This document shows positions 12,876-24,200 of a stretch of DNA of 64,000 nucleotides, piece by piece. Under the pieces are notes generated by a model. The model did no database searches and was not told the DNA's origin. It saw only the letters and a program-made list of their open reading frames with translations. The stretch lies in the NCBI GenBank assembly GCA_964016885.1, contig OZ024743.1, positions 247,504,001 to 247,568,000 on the forward strand, given 5' to 3'. The position numbers and the translations under genes are program-made. The DNA is from Eledone cirrhosa (lineage: Eukaryota). Positions within the stretch are counted from its first letter, which is position 1; each line of letters starts with the position of its first letter.

Positions 12876-15800
12876 TCACGCCACACATAGCCAATGAGTG
12901 TCTGCACATGTACCAGTAATTACAGATCGATCCGACCACGGGCGGCCGGCCCGCGATTGAAAAGGTAACTCCGCCGGCAAATCGTCATTTTTGGATTCGT
13001 TTTCTTCGAAGCACACCATTCGCCGGCGGACTTTGTTGACGTTTAACACGGTTTGGTTCCACAGCCACAACTATTGATTTTACGGAGATATCTTGCTGAA
13101 CGTCACGTCACACATAGCCAATGAGTGTCTGCACAGGTACCAGTAATTACAGATCGATCCGCCCACGGGCGGACGGCCCACGATCGAAAAGGTAACTCCG
13201 CTGGCAAAATCGCATTTTTGTGATTCGTTTCTTCGAAGCACATTATTCGCCGGCGGACTTCAGCTTCCACATTTAGCATGGGCAGTTTTTCTTGAAGATC
13301 ACACCACACACAGCCAATGAATGTTTGCACAGATACCACTAATTACAGATCGATCCGACCCCGGGCGGCCGGCCCGCGATTGAAAAGGTAACTCCGCCGG
13401 CAAATCGTCATTTTTGTGATCCGTTTTCTTCGAAGCACACCATTCGCCGCCGGACTTCAGCTGCCTCATTTAGCATGGGCAGTTTTTTTGAAAATCACAC
13501 CACACACAACCAATGTGTGTCTGCACATGTACCAGTAATTACAGATCGATCCGACCACGGGCGGCCGGCCCGCGATTGAAAAGGTAACTCCGCCGGCAAA
13601 TCGTCATTTTTGTGATCCGTTTTCTTCGAAGCACACCATTCGCCGCCGGACTTCAGCTGCCTCATTTAGCATGGGCAGTTTTTTTTGAAAATCACACCAC
13701 ACACAACCAATGTGTGTCTGCACATGTACCAGTAATTACAGATCGATCCCACCACGAGTTCAATGTAAACAAACTTACGCTCAACGACTTTGTTGACGTT
13801 TAACACGGTTTGGTTCCACAGCCACAACTATTGATTTTACGGAGATATCTTGCTGAAATTCACGCCACACATAGCCAATGAGTGTCTGCACATGTACCAG
13901 TAATTACAGATCGATCCGACCAAGGGCGGCCGGCCCGCGATTGAAAAGGTAACTCCGCCGGCAAATCGTCATTTTTGGATTCGTTTTCTTCGAAGCACAC
14001 CATTCGCCGGCGGACTTTGTTGACGTTTAACACGGTTTGGTTCCACAGCCACAACTATTGATTTTACGGAGATATCTTGCTGAACTTCACGTCACACATA
14101 GCCAATGAGTGTCTGCACAGGTACCAGTAATTACAGATCGATCCGCCCACGGGCGGCCGGCCCACGATCGAAAAGGTAACTCCGCTGGCAAATCCGCATT
14201 TTTGTGATTCGTTTCTTCGAAGCACATTATTCGCCGGCGGACTTCAGCTTCCACATTTAGCATGGGCAGTTTTTCTTGAAGATCACACCACACACAGCCA
14301 ATGAATGTTTGCACAGGTACCACTAATTACAGATCGATCCGACCCCGGGCGGCCGGCCCGCGATTGAAAAGGTAACTCCGCCGGCAAATCGTCATTTTTG
14401 TGATCCGTTTTCTTCGAAGCACACCATTCGCCGCCGGACTTCAGCTGCCTCATTTAGCATGGGCAGTTTTTTTGAAAATCACACCACACACAACCAATGT
14501 GTGTCTGCACATGTACCAGTAATTACAGATCGATCCGACCACGGGCGGCCGGCCCGCGATTGAAAAGGTAACTCCGCCGGCAAATCGTCATTTTTGTGAT
14601 CCGTTTTCTTCGAAGCACACCATTCGCCGCCGGACTTCAGCTGCCTCATTTAGCATGGGCAGTTTTTTTTGAAAATCACACCACACACAACCAATGTGTG
14701 TCTGCACATGTACCAGTAATTACAGATCGATCCGACCATGGGCGGCCGGCCGGCGATTGAAAAGGTAACTCCGCCGGCAAATCGTCATTTTTGGATTCGT
14801 TTTCTTGGAAGCACACCATTCGCCGGCGGACTTTGTTGACGTTTAACACGGTTTGGTTCCACAGCCACAACTATTGATTTTACGGAGATATCTTGCTGAA
14901 ATTCACGCCACACATAGCCAATGAGTGTCTGCACAGGTACCAGTAATTACAGATCGATCCGCCCACGGGCGGCCGGCCCAGGATCGAAAAGGTAACTCCG
15001 CTGGCAAATCCGCATTTTTGTGATTCGTTTCTTCGAAGCACATTATTCGCCGGCGGACTTCAGCTTCCACATTTAGCATGGGCAGTTTTTCTTGAAGATC
15101 ACACCACACACAACCAATGTGTGTCTGCACATGTACCAGTAATTACAGATCGATCCGACCACGGGCGGCCGGCCCGCGATTGAAAAGGTAACTCCGCCGG
15201 CAAATCGTCATTTTTGTGATTCGTTTTCTTCGAAGCACACCATTCGCCGCCGGACTTAAGCTGCCTCATTTATCATGGGCAGTTTTTTTTGAAAATCACA
15301 CCACACACAACCAATGTGTGTCTGCACATGTACCAGTAATTACAGATCGATCCGACCACGGGCGGCCGGCCCGCGATTGAAAAGGTAACTCCGCCGGCAA
15401 ATCGTCATTTTTGTGATTCGTTTTCTTCGAAGCACACCATTCGCCGCCGGACTTCAGCTGCCTCATTTAGCATGGGCAGTTTTTTTTGAAAATAACACCA
15501 CACACAACCAATGTGTGTCTGCACATGTACCAGTAATTACAGATCGATCCCACCACGAGTTCAATGTAAACAAACTTACGCTCAACGACTTTGTTGACGT
15601 TTAACACGGTTTGGTTCCACAGCCACAACTATTGATTTTACGGAGATATCTTGCTGAAATTCACGCCACACATAGCCAATGAGTGTCTGCACATGTACCA
15701 GTAATTACAGATCGATCCGACCACGGGCGGCCGGCCCGCGATTGAAAAGGTAACTCCGCCGGCAAATCGTCATTTTTGGATTCGTTTTCTTCGAAGCACA

Positions 15801-18800
15801 CCATTCGCCGGCGGACTTTGTTGACGTTTAACACGGTTTGGTTCCACAGCCACAACTATTGATTTTACGGAGATATCTTGCTGAACGTCACGTCACACAT
15901 AGCCAATGAGTGTCTGCACAGGTACCAGTAATTACAGATCGATCCGCCCACGGGCGGACGGCCCACGATCGAAAAGGTAACTCCGCTGGCAAAATCGCAT
16001 TTTTGTGATTCGTTTCTTCGAAGCACATTATTCGCCGGCGGACTTCAGCTTCCACATTTAGCATGGGCAGTTTTTCTTGAAGATCACACCACACACAGCC
16101 AATGAATGTTTGCACAGATACCACTAATTACAGATCGATCCGACCCCGGGCGGCCGGCCCGCGATTGAAAAGGTAACTCCGCCGGCAAATCGTCATTTTT
16201 GTGATCCGTTTTCTTCGAAGCACACCATTCGCCGCCGGACTTCAGCTGCCTCATTTAGCATGGGCAGTTTTTTTGAAAATCACACCACACACAACCAATG
16301 TGTGTCTGCACATGTACCAGTAATTACAGATCGATCCGACCACGGGCGGCCGGCCCGCGATTGAAAAGGTAACTCCGCCGGCAAATCGTCATTTTTGTGA
16401 TCCGTTTTCTTCGAAGCACACCATTCGCCGCCGGACTTCAGCTGCCTCATTTAGCATGGGCAGTTTTTTTTGAAAATCACACCACACACAACCAATGTGT
16501 GTCTGCACATGTACCAGTAATTACAGATCGATCCCACCACGAGTTCAATGTAAACAAACTTACGCTCAACGACTTTGTTGACGTTTAACACGGTTTGGTT
16601 CCACAGCCACAACTATTGATTTTACGGAGATATCTTGCTGAAATTCACGCCACACATAGCCAATGAGTGTCTGCACATGTACCAGTAATTACAGATCGAT
16701 CCGACCAAGGGCGGCCGGCCCGCGATTGAAAAGGTAACTCCGCCGGCAAATCGTCATTTTTGGATTCGTTTTCTTCGAAGCACACCATTCGCCGGCGGAC
16801 TTTGTTGACGTTTAACACGGTTTGGTTCCACAGCCACAACTATTGATTTTACGGAGATATCTTGCTGAACTTCACGTCACACATAGCCAATGAGTGTCTG
16901 CACAGGTACCAGTAATTACAGATCGATCCGCCCACGGGCGGCCGGCCCACGATCGAAAAGGTAACTCCGCTGGCAAATCCGCATTTTTGTGATTCGTTTC
17001 TTCGAAGCACATTATTCGCCGGCGGACTTCAGCTTCCACATTTAGCATGGGCAGTTTTTCTTGAAGATCACACCACACACAGCCAATGAATGTTTGCACA
17101 GGTACCACTAATTACAGATCGATCCGACCCCGGGCGGCCGGCCCGCGATTGAAAAGGTAACTCCGCCGGCAAATCGTCATTTTTGTGATCCGTTTTCTTC
17201 GAAGCACACCATTCGCCGCCGGACTTCAGCTGCCTCATTTAGCATGGGCAGTTTTTTTGAAAATCACACCACACACAACCAATGTGTGTCTGCACATGTA
17301 CCAGTAATTACAGATCGATCCGACCACGGGCGGCCGGCCCGCGATTGAAAAGGTAACTCCGCCGGCAAATCGTCATTTTTGTGATCCGTTTTCTTCGAAG
17401 CACACCATTCGCCGCCGGACTTCAGCTGCCTCATTTAGCATGGGCAGTTTTTTTTGAAAATCACACCACACACAACCAATGTGTGTCTGCACATGTACCA
17501 GTAATTACAGATCGATCCGACCACGGGCGGCCGGCCGGCGATTGAAAAGGTAACTCCGCCGGCAAATCGTCATTTTTGGATTCGTTTTCTTGGAAGCACA
17601 CCATTCGCCGGCGGACTTTGTTGACGTTTAACACGGTTTGGTTCCACAGCCACAACTATTGATTTTACGGAGATATCTTGCTGAAATTCACGCCACACAT
17701 AGCCAATGAGTGTCTGCACAGGTACCAGTAATTACAGATCGATCCGCCCACGGGCGGCCGGCCCAGGATCGAAAAGGTAACTCCGCTGGCAAATCCGCAT
17801 TTTTGTGATTCGTTTCTTCGAAGCACATTATTCGCCGGCGGACTTCAGCTTCCACATTTAGCATGGGCAGTTTTTCTTGAAGATCACACCACACACAACC
17901 AATGTGTGTCTGCACATGTACCAGTAATTACAGATCGATCCGACCACGGGCGGCCGGCCCGCGATTGAAAAGGTAACTCCGCCGGCAAATCGTCATTTTT
18001 GTGATTCGTTTTCTTCGAAGCACACCATTCGCCGCCGGACTTAAGCTGCCTCATTTATCATGGGCAGTTTTTTTTGAAAATCACACCACACACAACCAAT
18101 GTGTGTCTGCACATGTACCAGTAATTACAGATCGATCCGACCACGGGCGGCCGGCCCGCGATTGAAAAGGTAACTCCGCCGGCAAATCGTCATTTTTGTG
18201 ATTCGTTTTCTTCGAAGCACACCATTCGCCGCCGGACTTCAGCTGCCTCATTTAGCATGGGCAGTTTTTTTTGAAAATAACACCACACACAACCAATGTG
18301 TGTCTGCACATGTACCAGTAATTACAGATCGATCCCACCACGAGTTCAATGTAAACAAACTTACGCTCAACGACTTTGTTGACGTTTAACACGGTTTGGT
18401 TCCACAGCCACAACTATTGATTTTACGGAGATATCTTGCTGAAATTCACGCCACACATAGCCAATGAGTGTCTGCACATGTACCAGTAATTACAGATCGA
18501 TCCGACCACGGGCGGCCGGCCCGCGATTGAAAAGGTAACTCCGCCGGCAAATCGTCATTTTTGGATTCGTTTTCTTCGAAGCACACCATTCGCCGGCGGA
18601 CTTTGTTGACGTTTAACACGGTTTGGTTCCACAGCCACAACTATTGATTTTACGGAGATATCTTGCTGAACGTCACGTCACACATAGCCAATGAGTGTCT
18701 GCACAGGTACCAGTAATTACAGATCGATCCGCCCACGGGCGGACGGCCCACGATCGAAAAGGTAACTCCGCTGGCAAAATCGCATTTTTGTGATTCGTTT

Positions 18801-21230
18801 CTTCGAAGCACATTATTCGCCGGCGGACTTCAGCTTCCACATTTAGCATGGGCAGTTTTTCTTGAAGATCACACCACACACAGCCAATGAATGTTTGCAC
18901 AGATACCACTAATTACAGATCGATCCGACCCCGGGCGGCCGGCCCGCGATTGAAAAGGTAACTCCGCCGGCAAATCGTCATTTTTGTGATCCGTTTTCTT
19001 CGAAGCACACCATTCGCCGCCGGACTTCAGCTGCCTCATTTAGCATGGGCAGTTTTTTTGAAAATCACACCACACACAACCAATGTGTGTCTGCACATGT
19101 ACCAGTAATTACAGATCGATCCGACCACGGGCGGCCGGCCCGCGATTGAAAAGGTAACTCCGCCGGCAAATCGTCATTTTTGTGATCCGTTTTCTTCGAA
19201 GCACACCATTCGCCGCCGGACTTCAGCTGCCTCATTTAGCATGGGCAGTTTTTTTTGAAAATCACACCACACACAACCAATGTGTGTCTGCACATGTACC
19301 AGTAATTACAGATCGATCCCACCACGAGTTCAATGTAAACAAACTTACGCTCAACGACTTTGTTGACGTTTAACACGGTTTGGTTCCACAGCCACAACTA
19401 TTGATTTTACGGAGATATCTTGCTGAAATTCACGCCACACATAGCCAATGAGTGTCTGCACATGTACCAGTAATTACAGATCGATCCGACCAAGGGCGGC
19501 CGGCCCGCGATTGAAAAGGTAACTCCGCCGGCAAATCGTCATTTTTGGATTCGTTTTCTTCGAAGCACACCATTCGCCGGCGGACTTTGTTGACGTTTAA
19601 CACGGTTTGGTTCCACAGCCACAACTATTGATTTTACGGAGATATCTTGCTGAACTTCACGTCACACATAGCCAATGAGTGTCTGCACAGGTACCAGTAA
19701 TTACAGATCGATCCGCCCACGGGCGGCCGGCCCACGATCGAAAAGGTAACTCCGCTGGCAAATCCGCATTTTTGTGATTCGTTTCTTCGAAGCACATTAT
19801 TCGCCGGCGGACTTCAGCTTCCACATTTAGCATGGGCAGTTTTTCTTGAAGATCACACCACACACAGCCAATGAATGTTTGCACAGGTACCACTAATTAC
19901 AGATCGATCCGACCCCGGGCGGCCGGCCCGCGATTGAAAAGGTAACTCCGCCGGCAAATCGTCATTTTTGTGATCCGTTTTCTTCGAAGCACACCATTCG
20001 CCGCCGGACTTCAGCTGCCTCATTTAGCATGGGCAGTTTTTTTGAAAATCACACCACACACAACCAATGTGTGTCTGCACATGTACCAGTAATTACAGAT
20101 CGATCCGACCACGGGCGGCCGGCCCGCGATTGAAAAGGTAACTCCGCCGGCAAATCGTCATTTTTGTGATCCGTTTTCTTCGAAGCACACCATTCGCCGC
20201 CGGACTTCAGCTGCCTCATTTAGCATGGGCAGTTTTTTTTGAAAATCACACCACACACAACCAATGTGTGTCTGCACATGTACCAGTAATTACAGATCGA
20301 TCCGACCACGGGCGGCCGGCCGGCGATTGAAAAGGTAACTCCGCCGGCAAATCGTCATTTTTGGATTCGTTTTCTTGGAAGCACACCATTCGCCGGCGGA
20401 CTTTGTTGACGTTTAACACGGTTTGGTTCCACAGCCACAACTATTGATTTTACGGAGATATCTTGCTGAAATTCACGCCACACATAGCCAATGAGTGTCT
20501 GCACAGGTACCAGTAATTACAGATCGATCCGCCCACGGGCGGCCGGCCCAGGATCGAAAAGGTAACTCCGCTGGCAAATCCGCATTTTTGTGATTCGTTT
20601 CTTCGAAGCACATTATTCGCCGGCGGACTTCAGCTTCCACATTTAGCATGGGCAGTTTTTCTTGAAGATCACACCACACACAACCAATGTGTGTCTGCAC
20701 ATGTACCAGTAATTACAGATCGATCCGACCACGGGCGGCCGGCCCGCGATTGAAAAGGTAACTCCGCCGGCAAATCGTCATTTTTGTGATTCGTTTTCTT
20801 CGAAGCACACCATTCGCCGCCGGACTTAAGCTGCCTCATTTATCATGGGCAGTTTTTTTTGAAAATCACACCACACACAACCAATGTGTGTCTGCACATG
20901 TACCAGTAATTACAGATCGATCCGACCACGGGCGGCCGGCCCGCGATTGAAAAGGTAACTCCGCCGGCAAATCGTCATTTTTGTGATTCGTTTTCTTCGA
21001 AGCACACCATTCGCCGCCGGACTTCAGCTGCCTCATTTAGCATGGGCAGTTTTTTTTGAAAATAACACCACACACAACCAATGTGTGTCTGCACATGTAC
21101 CAGTAATTACAGATCGATCCCACCACGAGTTCAATGTAAACAAACTTACGCTCAACGACTTTGTTGACGTATAACACGGTTTGGTTCCACAGCCACAACT
21201 ATTGATTTTACGGAGATATCTTGCTGAAAT
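12876..21230. repeat. 2785-bp 14-monomer super-HOR (984+816+985), three tandem copies; a further copy at 6942-9726
   Basis: Starts 12876, 15661, 18446. Markers cttaag/tttatcat, gaaaataac, ccggccggcg and cccagga recur at +2785. Confidence 0.94.
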
Positions 21231-24200
21231 TCACGCCACACATAGCCAATGAGTGTCTGCACATGTACCAGTAATTACAGATCGATCCGACCACGGGCGG
21301 CCGGCCCGCGATTGAAAAGGTAACTCCGCCGGCAAATCGTCATTTTTGGATTCGTTTTCTTCGAAGCACACCATTCGCCGGCGGACTTTGTTGACGTTTA
21401 ACACGGTTTGGTTCCACAGCCACAACTATTGATTTTACGGAGATATCTTGCTGAACTTCACGTCACACATAGCCAATGAGTGTCTGCACAGGTACCAGTA
21501 ATTACAGATCGATCCGCCCCCGGGCGGCCGGCCCACGATCGAAAAGGTAACTCCGCTGGCAAATCCGCATTTTTGTGATTCGTTTCTTCGAAGCACATTA
21601 TTCGCCGGCGGACTTCAGCTTCCACATTTAGCATGGGCAGTTTTTCTTGAAGATCACACCACACACAGCCAATGAATGTTTGCACAGGTACCACTAATTA
21701 CAGATCGATCCGACCCCGGGCGACCGGCCCGCGATTGAAAAGGTAACTCCGCCGGCAAATCGTCATTTTTGTGATCCGTTTTCTTCGAAGCACACCATTC
21801 GCCGCCGGACTTCAGCTGCCTCATTTAGCATGGGCAGTTTTTTTGAAAATCACACCACACACAACCAATGTGTGTCTGCACATGTACCAGTAATTACAGA
21901 TCGATCCGACCACGGGCGGCCGGCCCGCGATTGAAAAGGTAACTCCGCCGGCAAATCGTCATTTTTGTGATCCGTTTTCTTCGAAGCACACCATTCGCCG
22001 CCGGACTTCAGCTGCCTCATTTAGCATGGGCAGTTTTTTTTGAAAATCACACCACACACAACCAATGTGTGTCTGCACATGTACCAGTAATTACAGATCG
22101 ATCCCACCACGAGTTCAATGTAAACAAACTTACGCTCAACGACTTTGTTGACGTTTAACACGGTTTGGTTCCACAGCCACAACTATTGATTTTACGGAGA
22201 TATCTTGCTGAACTTCATGTCACACATAGCCAATGAGTGTCTGCACAGGTACCAGTAATTACAGATCGATCCTCCCACGGGCGGCCGGCCCACGATCGAA
22301 AAGGTAACTCCGCTGGCAAATCCGCATTTTTGTGATTCGTTTCTTCGAAGCACATTATTCGCCGGCGGACTTCAGCTTCCACATTTAGCATGGGCAGTTT
22401 TTCTTGAAGATCACACCACACACAGCCAATGAATGTTTGCACAGGTACCACTAATTACAGATCGATCCGACCCCGGGCGGCCGGCCCGCGATTGAAAAGG
22501 TAACTCCGCCGGCAAATCGTCATTTTTGTGATCCGTTTTCTTCGAAGCACACCATTCGCCGCCGGACTTCAGCTGCCTCATTTAGCATGGGCAGTTTTTT
22601 TGAAAATCACACCACACACAACCAATGTGTGTCTGCACATGTACCAGTAATTACAGATCGATCCGACCACGGGCGGCCGGCCCGCGATTGAAAAGGTAAC
22701 TCCGCCGGCAAATCGTCATTTTTGTGATCCGTTTTCTTCGAAGCACACCATTCGCCGCCGGACTTCAGCTGCCTCATTTAGCATGGGCAGTTTTTTTTGA
22801 AAATCACACCACACACAACCAATGTGTGTCTGCACATGTACCAGTAATTACAGATCGATCCCACCACGAGTTCAATGTAAACAAACTTACGCTCAACGAC
22901 TTTGTTGACGTTTAACACGGTTTGGTTCCACAGCCACAACTATTGATTTTACGGAGATATCTTGCTGAAATTCACGCCACACATAGCCAATGAGTGTCTG
23001 CACATGTACCAGTAATTACAGATCGATCCGACCACGGGCGGCCGGCCCGCGATTGAAAAGGTAACTCCGCCGGCAAATCGTCATTTTTGGATTCGTTTTC
23101 TTCGAAGCACACCATTCGCCGGCGGACTTTGCTGACGTTTAACACGGTTTGGTTCCACAGCCACAACTATTGATTTTACGGAGATATCTTGCTGAAATTC
23201 ACGCCACACATAGCCAATGAGTGTCTGCACATGTACCAGTAATTACAGATCGATCCGACCACGGGCGGCCGGCCCGCGATTGAAAAGGTAACTCCGCCGG
23301 CAAATCGTCATTTTTGGATTCGTTTTCTTCGAAGCACACCATTCGCCGGCGGACTTTGCTGACGTTTAACACGGTTTGGTTCCACAGCCACAACTATTGA
23401 TTTTACGGAGATATCTTGCTGAAATTCACGCCACACATAGCCAATGAGTGTCTGCACATGTACCAGTAATTACAGATCGATCCGACCAAGGGCGGCCGGC
23501 CCGCGATTGAAAAGGTAACTCCGCCGGCAAATCGTCATTTTTGGATTCGTTTTCTTCGAAGCACACCATTCGCCGGCGGACTTTGTTGACGTTTAACACG
23601 GTTTGGTTCCACAGCCACAACTATTGATTTTACGGAGATATCTTGCTGAACTTCACGTCACACATAGCCAATGAGTGTCTGCACAGGTACCAGTAATTAC
23701 AGATCGATCCGCCCACGGGCGGCCGGCCCACGATCGAAAAGGTAACTCCGCTGGCAAATCCGCATTTTTGTGATTCGTTTCTTCGAAGCACATTATTCGC
23801 CGGCGGACTTCAGCTTCCACATTTAGCATGGGCAGTTTTTCTTGAAGATCACACCACACACAGCCAATGAATGTTTGCACAGGTACCACTAATTACAGAT
23901 CGATCCGACCCCGGGCGGCCGGCCCGCGATTGAAAAGGTAACTCCGCCGGCAAATCGTCATTTTTGTGATCCGTTTTCTTCGAAGCACACCATTCGCCGC
24001 CGGACTTCAGCTGCCTCATTTAGCATGGGCAGTTTTTTTGAAAATCACACCACACACAACCAATGTGTGTCTGCACATGTACCAGTAATTACAGATCGAT
24101 CCGACCACGGGCGGCCGGCCCGCGATTGAAAAGGTAACTCCGCCGGCAAATCGTCATTTTTGTGATCCGTTTTCTTCGAAGCACACCATTCGCCGCCGGA

